Source: Chthoniobacterales bacterium (GTDB lineage: Bacteria; Verrucomicrobiota; Verrucomicrobiia; Chthoniobacterales; Chthoniobacteraceae). From it: a stretch of DNA of 64,000 nt. Of the stretch, positions 11,401-19,700 are shown one piece after another. The notes beneath the pieces were generated by a model, which had not been told where the DNA came from, searched no databases, and saw only the letters and a list, made by a program, of their open reading frames with translations. The stretch's first letter is position 1. Each line of letters starts with the position of its first letter. Made by a program: the position numbers and the translations under genes. The stretch spans positions 41,945-105,944 of the forward strand of contig JBBQZX010000020.1 in the NCBI GenBank assembly GCA_038207335.1, given 5' to 3'.

Positions 11401-13427
11401 AACGAGAAGCCAGATGTGACGGCCAACGATCCGGTGAATGCGGAGGTGTTGCCGGTGAAAGCAACGGTGCCGGGCGCGGACGTGGCGAAGTCGCCCAGCC
11501 TCGTCGAGGTCAGCGTGATCCCGCCGCTCCCAGTGACCACGCCTGAGATTACCAGACTCGCACCCGGATCGGTTGCGGGCTGTCCACCAGCGATCGCGTC
11601 GAGCGTTACGCTCGCGCCGCTGTTGACCGCGAGATTCCCCGAGAGCGTCGTCGTCGCCGCATTCACGACATCCTGGATCGTCGTGCCCAAACCAGTGACG
11701 GTGATGTTATTCGAGTACGTGTTGCCGACGCCCGACGTCGTCGCGCCTTTCGTATCGATGACCAGCCCCGTCCCCGCACCACTGAGCGTTACGCTAGCCG
11801 AGCCGATGGGATTATTCGCGCCGCCCGCCGTGCTGCCGACCACCCCGATTGCGCCACCCTGCACGTTGATGGTCGTCGTCGCACCGAGCGCATTCGCCGT
11901 CGCGGTCTGGCCGAAAATCAGCCGTCCCGTGCCGATCTTGTTAATGGTCATTGCGTTCCCGCTGTCGCTCACCACGCCATCGAGCGCGATGTTCGGCGCC
12001 CCGCCGAGAGTCACGCTGCCCGCGCCGCTTCCGAGAAGCGCGGTCCCAGCAAAACGCACCGTTTTTCCCGCAAGCCCGGTGACCTGCAACGTCGAACCCG
12101 ACTCGATTCCCAGCACCCCGAATTGCACCTGCGTAAACGCGCTGCCATTCAAGTTCACAGTCGAAGTTCCGCCGCCGCTGACCGTGACGTCATCGCCGAT
12201 GCCCGTGCCGATCACGATTGCGTTGCTCGATGCCGCCGCGGTGTTTGATTCTGCCTGAAAAAGCACGCCGGTCGGGATGGCGCCAAATGCCGCCTGGTCC
12301 GGCCCGCGGTAACCGACCAAAAGGCCGGCGCCACCCGTGCCATTCACGTAATCGACACGGATATCGTGCAAGCCAGTGCTCAGGATGAAACCGGGCCCCG
12401 TGTTCACGGTGCCAACGCCTTTCGGCCCGTCGTTGTTCACCACGAGCACGCCATCGATATAGACGCGGCTGCCATCGTCCGAGTTAGTCCCGAAGGAATA
12501 GCTGCCTGCGTTCGTAATATTGAGCTTGCCCAGCCATTGGATGCCCAAATTCACATTGGTGCCGCCGGCGACAGTGCCCGTGTTGTTGAGCTGCGTATCG
12601 GTCCGCGTGGCGGTGAGCGCGCCGTTGCCGCCGGCCGTCTGCGTAAAATCGATGCGGCTCGTGTCGCCCAAAGCTGTGCCCGTATTGAAAACGCGCCCGG
12701 AAATTCCCGCCAAAGACGTATCCGCCGTCGGTGTCAGATCGAGCGTCGATCCCGCAGACAGCGTAATCGCGTTATTGCTCAAAGAATTAATGGGCGATGG
12801 GCCGCTCGTCACGGTGGCGGAGAGAGTGCCGGACGCGACCTGAATCCCGCCGGTAAAAGTATTCGCGCCAGTCAACACGAGCGTGCCCGCGCCGGTTTTC
12901 CGGAGGCCGTTCGTTCCAGCGACGATGCTGTCGATGTTCGCCGAGTCCCCAAGAGTCGTCACGCCGATCGTCGGCGTCGCTCCCGCGAGCGTGAGCACGT
13001 CGGTCGGGATGCTGGAGACAATGTTGTAGCCAGTAGTATTGAAAGTCAGACCATTCGCCACCACACCGGCACCCGCATTGCTGATCGTCACCGTGCCTGC
13101 ACCACCTTGAAACACCGCGATCGAATTCGCAAGGTTAGGCCACGCCACATTGTCCGCGGTTACCGGGTCCGTTCCCGTGGGATCCCACGAGTGATTTGCC
13201 GCCACAGTGTCCCAAGTCCCGGACCCGCCGAAAGCGCCGTCTCCATCGAGAGTCGGGTCCCAGTAAAAAGTCGCCGCGTTAGAGGCCGCTGCCATGCCGA
13301 GGACGGCGGCGACCGTGGCGGCGGAGCCGAGCCGGGCCAGCGAATAGCTCAAAGGCCGCGGTTTGGCAGTGCGGATGCGCACGGAGTCGAGGAGGCTGGG
13401 CGTAGAAGAGGGTATCGTGGAGCGCAT
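2409..13427 (-). CDS. Giant (~3670 aa) autotransporter-associated beta-strand repeat protein with PA14 domain and C-terminal PEP-CTERM sorting signal
   Basis: Many KxGxGTLxLxGxNTYTGxT repeats. PA14 motif (NSDDGSRVYIDG...NNDG...GLHDIRVDY) at ~12290-12550. C-terminus VPEPNAFAMLLGSVGVALGLNRFRRRAV. Start moved from 13499 to ATG 13427 by homology with the paralog's N-terminus. Confidence 0.92.
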   Translation of the reverse strand: MRSTIPSSTPSLLDSVRIRTAKPRPLSYSLARLGSAATVAAVLGMAAASNAATFYWDPTLDGDGAFGGSGTWDTVAANHSWDPTGTDPVTADNVAWPNLANSIAVFQGGAGTVTISNAGAGVVANGLTFNTTGYNIVSSIPTDVLTLAGATPTIGVTTLGDSANIDSIVAGTNGLRKTGAGTLVLTGANTFTGGIQVASGTLSATVTSGPSPINSLSNNAITLSAGSTLDLTPTADTSLAGISGRVFNTGTALGDTSRIDFTQTAGGNGALTATRTDTQLNNTGTVAGGTNVNLGIQWLGKLNITNAGSYSFGTNSDDGSRVYIDGVLVVNNDGPKGVGTVNTGPGFILSTGLHDIRVDYVNGTGGAGLLVGYRGPDQAAFGAIPTGVLFQAESNTAAASSNAIVIGTGIGDDVTVSGGGTSTVNLNGSAFTQVQFGVLGIESGSTLQVTGLAGKTVRFAGTALLGSGAGSVTLGGAPNIALDGVVSDSGNAMTINKIGTGRLIFGQTATANALGATTTINVQGGAIGVVGSTAGGANNPIGSASVTLSGAGTGLVIDTKGATTSGVGNTYSNNITVTGLGTTIQDVVNAATTTLSGNLAVNSGASVTLDAIAGGQPATDPGASLVISGVVTGSGGITLTSTRLGDFATSAPGTVAFTGNTSAFTGSLAVTSGFSFNRTFGQFGSASGIDLAGGATMNYLFDGNGSGTPGSSPIVSQNLASENVVFGDNVTVSGAGTATIVANRLGTTFAPLFPAAVNKTARLGTLSIGTQTLSITNTNGYGVDFTGATTLTGASTFSVANTNISTVVPGLTLSGAVNGAFGFTKTGAGTLLLSNAANGFTGDINVTGGALAFSNDLALGAAANQVILNGAGATLRAVGTTPIVSGRTIQINSAANSFIEVAEGQSLTLSSAFGGAAAGAFTKADNGILILNAASANTGASVVNAGVVRLTNAASLGATAATIGVSGVFGAAVQLANNITVPNQIIINNSAANVATGGVNFGGQLENFSGTNSVTGVVTLNADAAIGSTSGVLNINGGINNPTATTRAIYLTGAGTINVNSSITSATATANQYFALQKYGSGTLNFTTAQPFTLATGSTQNLTFLDGTTNFSGNGSLIGTPTIAATINPNAILNLDNTSTNVADRLGVTRPVTVSGGTLNFTANAAGTATTMGVLTTNFAAKISSNQAGAGAATLTFASAAFGANSASIEFTGTNLGTANNRIIITAAPTTVPATTGILARASINSGSGLDFVSYNNTGAVANTNGIQAFATYNVANSIDAAAATDTLNVTAAPAFANGSKTINALKLTGTGINVASTGTIGNTPTTLTLTAAAILATGGLNTISAPALAFGTGELWAHVDAGATLTLSSALGGGTTGMTKADGGTLILAPVASAIAGITPSNISGTFGLNGGTLQIGSNNAYTPNQFLRVGPAATLDLNGKLQAFRGILSDTSLEATTLGQHGTITSSSGTGNLVTNLDNSARSWSGQITGTVNLLRSGENTWSVFSNNTYTGNTLLNGGTTTLRDGGRLSGSNTIDINYGVLTLDNNAGFRDESNRIKDTATVTLRGGVINLTGRAQTASSETIGSLVLAEGNSNITVAGGGTNVNSADLTFGSLVQQNSATINVNTLNGQIGSAGRLLFTTAPTLTNGILPYFVSGGNDLVTYIPGLGIAAINAAGGRGYDALAFPATFTNGSQNIKLSNATFTIPDAPTNSYELNAISWTANTAGQSINFADAADTLNLTSGLLNKSGNQLGNIGATLDSGRLTAGGNVAATGQTQNLYITMNTGGNALTVNSRIVDNTNSDRVRLVFTAYNGATLTLANNLNSYSGGTVVNGGVSFTGVLNVGSTGIIPAGGLTINRATVAQAVGGVINSANVPVLNGGATLTLSGDNTLAGVVFNNAGGSVNGNTLNTTSNGILGTLTIGASGLSATSSNVSSTSQIVGRVDFGTTAKTVAIDPIFFNGVDINPTQGTLALQGIVGSAGGINKTGLGSLTLNAQQTYTGPTNVIQGGIITNFGGVALTGPVAGSRFSAYTFAAGTTLNLINDAMIGSLAGAGTVTNSSTTDRTFGVGFDNTDTTFSGQFLRFSDARLTPFSVNKFGSGTLTLTGVSNDNNSLNVRVGGVTFAGTGRGTFGTDSIFPTGTLTLDNRNAQGGNVNNRLGGFTNVGTLNPAGGSFVAFGNETAANPTSEVIGTVTFGSGGSTVTLNADANNPLTLTVGTTFSGVQGGASALIRGTGFGSAPGNGVGTISLGALGLNAPTGAGNGANGTQTMAIRPDLIGGTTATSLGTAFITKDTVGNYLRPLDASELASTLTTATTASTNVALSANTLITGSAPGATLSSQNLAFSLTLNAGGGVSIGSSPAFGRYTGGAALVQTKIGSGGFLALAGNTGITSGQIDTSNNTAFNFHTPGAATVLTLDGYLGTTNGGLVKSDDGTVNLNTASYYTGTTTVNAGTLAITSGVNNSIQAVTTAGAPTLSALRVNAGVFELNGTSQMVGTLDSNSFATGGSVRNSAVGTPATLSTVTGAAASFGGTIDGNLNFVKSGNNELILTNPSSYSGTTTVRGNNLRIRDAGTLASTGFDINFGGLILDNSALTPLAALNPVRISASSTVNLRGGSLTLLAGGSTDTAATLNAVNVLQGHNAIVSGSTAGTTAGSTAVINIGNLVTAGSDVTATFVGGTSGFFSNLPGFGSGQVYIGSINGTPIPANITNKILGGWALANNGEFLTYIQPGTAGNTAGINYGVTTLNSNFAGIGQTSYDFNQATLPVSTPTANVRLSTAGTAAVPAAGATYNVLAVRAAVTAITFTNAADRLNLGAGGLALTNGGTVVGTTALPGVITSGGTATGTSPLYLYSAGANNTINSVIANNGTAGALTRFVAVPIANSLILANVNTYTGGTVVNGAGGTLNLNGATPSAAQILAGQAEIPAGGLTLNNALVTMTTNAGQIDPTNAVTLNGGSSLTLFGSNTLSNVTFNNIGGFAAANPTVATATALALSAPDAITVTNDNIGSVPSISGTALTFSNASPVISTTGAAPTSLSITAPITSAGASGISKQGDGSVFLSGVSTFTTGFKLDAGTLIVGVSSTGTLPAITNGPVGTGTLSIGTGTTLHSTNNFTVGNPTSVAGDFTLGGTTTIGTNQTLTLSGAMTLAAGAHTITVSSPFITDTISGAVSGGTNLTKAGPGTLTLSAANSYGGTTNVAAGVLKLGNAGAIPNTSSPTINAGAVLDINGIANVSLRGLTGTGLITNSGAAQNVYVGGLTTTDSASAFDSTFDGVITNGANAFNLVKTGVGNLTLTGANSFTGSVNLNPSATTSGGRVTITNSLALGGGNKTVTNITNVAGSLQGSLHLDGSTANGPVVLGSNISFNTSQGSLTSPAIVNDAGNNVINGNFTLNSGGGSTSIFSNGGSLTLNGTFTPNTNGRFLLLGGSAAGQINGVIADQTVPNFLSVTKSGSGKWTIANNTNTYTGPTLVSDGTLIVNGSISGSATTVSGANSVLGGSGTVKSVTVNTGGTVAPGNGPGVLTVASTFSLDSTSHLAIEINSPGVAGLTYDQVSVGGAINLGNASLDLAIGFAGGNTQDIFTIILNNSGSAVTGTFAGLANASLVVAPNGQMYTISYFDDPNTPAFETSGGNSVALLAVPEPNAFAMLLGSVGVALGLNRFRRRAV

Positions 13428-13471
13428 AATCGGGGAGTTTCTTGGGGAGGGCTGTTGAGCTCGAAAGTGAG

Positions 13472-13556
13472 CGCAAGTTGCTATAGCGTAATCCGACAAA
13501 ACGCAGCGTCGAGGGAAAAAGATTGCCGCGGTGCAATTCTTTTACTTTACCCGAAA
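13472..13556 (-). promoter_or_regulatory. Conserved upstream element of giant gene 2 (putative -35 CTCGAC / 17 nt / -10 TACGCT, plus ATTGC-N6-GCAAT)
   Basis: Same blocks and near-identical spacing as 2108-2186. -10 at 13485-13490, -35 at 13508-13513, palindrome at 13522-13537. Confidence 0.6.
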
Positions 13557-13782
13557 ACTCGAGAGACTTGAGGGGGCAGCACCCTAAATTTCGGAGAGGT
13601 CCGGTAGTGTCACAGAGCTCTCCAGCCCCGTGCAACCGCCGAGTGCCGCAAGAAATCGTGGACAGCACCCGCGTGCAACCGAAGGTCCAGAAAAAGACGC
13701 TGGCGCGACCCGATATCCAGAGTAACCCGCCTCCGACGGCTGCGTGTCGCCCGAATCCCGGAGCGGCTCAGGCCGAGCGCTC

Positions 13783-16700
13783 TTACGCCACGCGGCGGCG
13801 GAAGCGGTTCAGGCCGAGAGCGACGCCTACGCTGGCGAGGAGCATCGCAAAGGCGTTTGGCTCAGGGACTGCGAGGAGCGCAACGCTGTTGCCGCCACTC
13901 GTCTCGAACACCGTCGGCGTGCTCGGGTCGTCGAAGTAGCTGATTTGATACATCTGGCCATTGGGGGCGCTCACGATCCCGGCGTTTGCGAGCCCGGCGA
14001 AAGTGCCGGTCACCGCGCTGCCGCTGTTGTTCAAGATGATCGTGAAGATATCCTGCGTATTGCCTCCGGCGAATGTGCTCGCCACGTCGAGGCTTGCGCC
14101 GCCGAGCGAAATTGCGCCACCGACGGAGAGTTGGTCGTAAGTCACGCCTGCCACTCCCGGCGCGCTGATCTCGATCGCCAGATGTGATGTCGAATCCAAG
14201 CTGAATGTGCTCGCAACGGTCAACACGCCAGGGCTGTTGCCGGGTGCAACGGTGCCACCGGTGTCTGCAGCCACACTCAAGACCGTGCCGCTACCGCCAA
14301 GAGTCGCAGTAGCACCGCTGACAGTCGCGGCACTTCCGCTGATGCTGCCATTGACGAGGAGCCTGCCATCCGTGACCGAGGTCGGGCCGGGGTAGCTGTT
14401 GGTGCCCGCGAGAATAAGCGTGCCGGGACCGGTCTTTGCGAGGCCCGTGCCATTGTTGATCGATGCCACGTTGCTCAGCGTGCCGCTGCGGAAGTTGAGA
14501 TTCGTGATTGCAGTCAGACCACCAATGGCGTGGCCAGTGAGATCGAGCGTGCCGCCGTCGAGCGTCACCGAGGTCGTGGTGCGGGTCGTCGAGGCGCTCG
14601 TGATGGCGCCGGCCAGCGTGACCGTGCCGCCAGTCACCGAGAACGAATCGGACGTCGAGACGAAGGCGTTTGCGGACGTCAGATTGGCGAGTTGGATCGA
14701 GAAGGCGCCCGTCGTACCGATATTTACCGTGCCGCCGGTGATGTTGAAATTGCCAACATCGGCAATCGCCGTCGCCGCGCTCGTCGAGCCCCCGCGAGTC
14801 CCGCTCACGGTGCCCATCGATACTCCGCCGCTGCCGACCGTTACATTCCCTCCGCCAATCTGCAGGGTGCTCGTCAGTGTCGTGCCCGCAATGCCAGGGA
14901 CGTTCGTTGCCGAGCCGACCGTGTCGTTACCAACGGCCACGCTCGTCGCATCCAAGGTTCCAGCGTCAAACTTGAAGTCATAGTTCTGCGTCGCGGTGCG
15001 GCCTTGGTTGCCGATGGTCAGTGAGCTAATGAGCAGGTCGGAGGAATGCCCGGTGAAGTCGGCCAAGTTGCCCGTTACCCCGGCACCGTTGTTTACGCCG
15101 GTCACACCGCTGGAGCCGCCGACGCTGAAGGCTGCGCGACCTGTCCCCGCCGCGTTGCGGAGGACGACCGTGCCATTGCCTGCCGCGATGGTGAGCGAAC
15201 CAACGTCGCGTCCGCCCGTGCCAATGTTCACGTTATTCGCATTGATCGTGGTCAAGCCGGTGCCGAGCACTGCGGAGTTGATTTGGCCAGCGCCGGCGTT
15301 GTTGCCGCCGCCATCGCCGATATTGAAGTTGTTAGCCGCCAGCGTGGTCACCGCGGTCCCGCTCGCGACCGCCGGTGTCGGCAGCAGCAGCGTGCCGGTA
15401 TTGCCGACGACATTCGTGCCGGTGGTGTTGCCGACGCCGATGGTGCCGGTGGCGCTCACGTTGATGCTAGCGGAGTTCAACCCCGTCAGATCAAGCGTCG
15501 CTGCCTCAGAGAAAGCACTCGTCGTATTGCCGCCGACCCGCACCGTGCCGCCAGCCGCGGTCGCCACAATGAGATCGCCGCCTCCACCGATGTTCAGCCG
15601 ACTCGTCTGATTCGCGACGGTGGCGACCGGGCCAATGGAGACGTTGCCGTTCACGGTGAGAGTCCGGTTATTGGCAACAGTGATGACATTCGCCGCCGTG
15701 CCGCTATTTAGAGCGGTGCTGACGCTCGCAAACGATTGATTGAAGCCGTTCAAGTCGAGCGTACCGACCGTGGAAAGATTCGCGCCGAGAGTTAGCGCAG
15801 TCGCCGGCAATCCGTTGTCAGCGCTGGTCTGGAGAGTGCCGGCGGCGACCACCGTCGCGCCGGTGTAAGTGCTCACCGGGAGGATCAACGTGCCGGTGCC
15901 GGTTTTGGCGAAGCCGACCGCACCAGTGACGGCCGCGCTCGTGAAGGTGCCGCCCAGAGCATTCGTCGTGTCGAGACTCAGGACCGACGTGTTGTTCGCA
16001 AAGGTCGTGTTGGCGAGCTGGGTAGCGACATCCGAATTCTGGAATTCCCCATTGCCGCCAACGTTCAGGCCGAGCGTCGCGCCCGCCGCCACCGTGAAGG
16101 CGCCCGTCGTCGGGACCGCCGACAATCTCGAAAGCACTAGGGAGCCGGCGCTCACTGCCGTGCCGCCGGTGTAGGTATTGCCGCCGCCGAGGGTGAGTAG
16201 ATTCGTGCCGACCTTGGTCAGCTTGCCCGTGCCGATGAGTGGCGCGTTCAAGGTGATCGCGCCGCCCGAACTGCCGCCGATCGAGGTGTCGCTCGCCAGC
16301 GTGATCAGGCCGGCGAAGCTCGCGTTCGTCGCGCTTCCGTTCGTCAACGCGCCGAGGCTGGCGGTGCCGGTGCCATTCAGCGTCAGCGGTTCGGCGGCGG
16401 CGTTGGTTCCGCCGTTGAGATTGATGCCCGCGCCGCTGGCGACGAATGTGCCCGCTGCGACTGAGCCGAGGGGGTTCACGCCGCCGCTGGTGCCGCCGAA
16501 TGTCAACGTGCCCGCATTGACGAAGATGCGGCCTGCGAAGTTGCTGAAATTGCTCGTGCCGTTGCCGAGAGAGAGCGTGCCGACGCCAATCTTCGTAAGG
16601 TCGCCCGAGCCTTGCAGCTCCGCATTTGTGCTAGCTACGCCGGCGCCGCTGCCGTCGTCGAGCGTGAGAGTGAAGCCGCTGCCGACATCAAGGGTGCCGC

Positions 16701-19700
16701 CGCCTGCACCGAAGTTGAAGACGAAGCCGGTGTTAGTCGCCGAAGGACCATTGTCGTTGTAAGTGTTCGTGGCGCGGAAGGTGGCCCCGTTCGTGAAGTT
16801 CATCATCCGGAAGGTCGTGCCAAGCTGCCCGCCAAGCACCGTGGTCGCGGTATTCGTGAGGGAGGCGGCTAGAACGCCGCCGGTCAGGTTGATGGAACCC
16901 GTGAACGCACTGACGGCGGTGGGCGTTAGTGTCCCGGCGCCCGACTTCGTCAGCGAGCCTGCGGTGGCCGTCGAGCTGACGAGCGGCGCGCTAATGGTCA
17001 GCGAGGCACCGGTGTTGGTGTTAACGATGAACTCGTTCGCCGTGCCCGCGCCGATGACGCCGGTGCCGCTGATCGTGTAGGCATTTGAGGTGCCGCCTGC
17101 GTAAAGCAGACCGCCCGCCGTGCCGCTGAAGGTCATCGCATTTGCGCCGAGTGCAAGCGCTTGGGCCGCGGCTGTGTCCGTAATTTTGAGCGAGTTGAAT
17201 GTCGTCGCGCCAGTGAGCGTGGAGGCACCAGAGAGCGCGTAGTTCACCGTGATCGTGCCGCCGGTCGTCGGCATCGCGGTGTAGGAGCCCGCCGCGAGCG
17301 CGATGATGTTGGTGCCCGATTTCGTGGCCCAATCAGTGCCGCCGACCGTCGCGTAGCCGCCGAGGATGCCGCCTGCGCCGTTGCCGGTGGAAGTGGTCAC
17401 GCCGTTCGTCGCGCTCTGCGTACCGGTCGGCAGGGTGAAATTGACCACCCCGCCCGCGTTGCGCGTGATCGCGCCGAGGTTGAGCACGAGGGGATTCGCG
17501 GTTGCATTCGCCGTGAGCGAAATAGCCGAGCCGCCGAGCGCCACGGTCGTGCTAGCGACCGTCTGGCTGTTGGTCGTGCTCGCCTTGCCCGTGAGCGCGA
17601 GCGTGCCCGCGCCGGTCGTCAGCGTTGAAGTCGCGGCGAGGATGTTCGCCGTTGGAGTCGCATTCGCGAAGTCGAGCGTGAGCGTGCCGCCGGCCAGCGT
17701 TGTCACGCCGGTGTAAGTATTCGCGCCGTTCAGGCTCCACGCGACCGGGCCCGTTTTCGTCAAGTTCGTCGCGCTGGCGCTGTTCACGATGGCGCCGGAG
17801 ATGAGGCCGCTGCCCGCGCCGTAGCCAGTGAGCGTGAGCGTTTTGATGCCTGCGCCGGTCGCCGTGAAATTGCTGCTGAAGCCAAGCACTCCACTGCCCG
17901 ATTGCTCAAGGATCGCACCCGCGGTCGTGCCGGCGAGATTGATCACGCGGTCGGTCGTTTCACCCGTGCCGACGTAACGCAGGGTGGAGGTGTTGCTGCC
18001 ACCCACGTTGATCGTGCCGTTCCCGACCGTGGTCGGCGCGCCGAGGCTGCTGCTCGCGGAGCCGCCGGTGACTTTATTGAGCAAACTCGCGACCACCACG
18101 CCCGACTGAATGTTCGTCGCGCCGGTATAAGTGTTCGCGCCGTTCAGGATCACCGTGCCGATGCCGGCGTTGAAAAAATCGAGCGCGCTGCCGGTCCCAT
18201 CGGCGATCGGGGCGTTGATCACGAGGGTCGCGCCCGCGACTGCGCCGACATCGCCATTGTTTGGCGTGAGCAGCAACGAACCACCGGTGCTCGCATTGAC
18301 CTCGCCATACACGCCGCCGGTCACTTGGAGCAAAACACCGCCGTCCACACCGAGCGTCGTCGCGACGTTTTGCACGTCCACCGCGCCGTTGTTGCTAAAT
18401 TGCAGCCGGGGAATGTTTCCGCCCGTGATGTTGATCTTGCCGTTCGCGGCCTGCACGATCGTCCCAGTCCCCGTGAGCGGCGCAGCGAAAGTGTAGGCGC
18501 GGTCGCCGCGATTGAGCGTCAGCGTGCCGTTGACGGCCAGCGTGCCGGTGCCGATCGAGCCAGTCAGGCCACCAGCGCCGATCTGCAGCGTGCCGCCCGC
18601 GACCGTGATGTTGCTGCTGACGAGTGCGTTGTCCGCCGCGAGCACCAGCGTGCCGGAGTTCACCGTCGTCGTGCCGGTCAAATCATTTGTGTTGGCGAGG
18701 ACGACCGTGCCGACATTTTGCACCACGAGGTCGTTTGCGCCAGTGAGCGCGTTCGCGTTCGGAAGCGTCAGCGTGCCGCCGCCACCGCCGAGGCGGTAGG
18801 TCGTGCCGTTTGGCGTGAGCGTGCCCGTGTAGCTAGCCGCGCCGGTCGCGCCGAGGCTGGCCGCAGTGAAGTTCGCGCCCGCGGCGCTGAAATCGAGGTT
18901 GTTCGAGCTGTTCACCCCGCCTAGCGCCACCGCGCCGACCGACGTGTTCACGATGCGCCCGAGAAACGCCTGATCGATCGCGTAGCCCGCCGCCGCCGCG
19001 CCGTTCGCGTTCACGGTCACGTTTGCGCCTGCGCCGGCGATGGCGGCCGAGGAGCTATAACGCACGTTGGCATTCGTGATTCCCGTCACTCCGGCAAAGC
19101 TGTTCGTACCGGAGAGGGTCAAGGTTCCCTGCGTCGTCGAACTGCCAGAGTTCACCGTCAGGCCTCCCGGACCCGACACGTCACCGTTAATCGTGAAACT
19201 ATTCGCGGTCGTCACCGTCTGGAAAAAGCGCAACCCAGCGACCGCGTCTCCCGCGAGGGTGATCGGGCCGGAGTAAATTCCGTTAGCCCCGCTGTTCGCG
19301 CTGATGGTGGTGCCGGTATTGAGCGTGATCGCGTTGCCAACGTTGACGTTCGAATTCACCACTTCGCCAGTGCCGCTGACGGTGACCACGCCATCGCCGG
19401 CCGCCGTCGCATTTTGCAGCTCGAGGTAACCCGCGCTGACGTTCCAATTGGAATGCAGGTTCGGCTGCGCCCCGTTGATCTGAAAGTCGCCGGCCCCGAT
19501 CTTACTAATCGTTGTCCCGACTGCTCCCGTCAGCAGATTCGCCCCCGCGAGCACCTTGCTGGCGGTCGGGCCGGTCGTGGTGTTGACGGTGCTGTCCGCA
19601 GCGAAAGTCAGGCCACCCGCGCCCAGAGTGAGCTGGAAACCCGTGGATGTGAGCGTGCCGCCGCTCAGCGTGATCGCATTGGCCACCGTCACCGCCGCCG

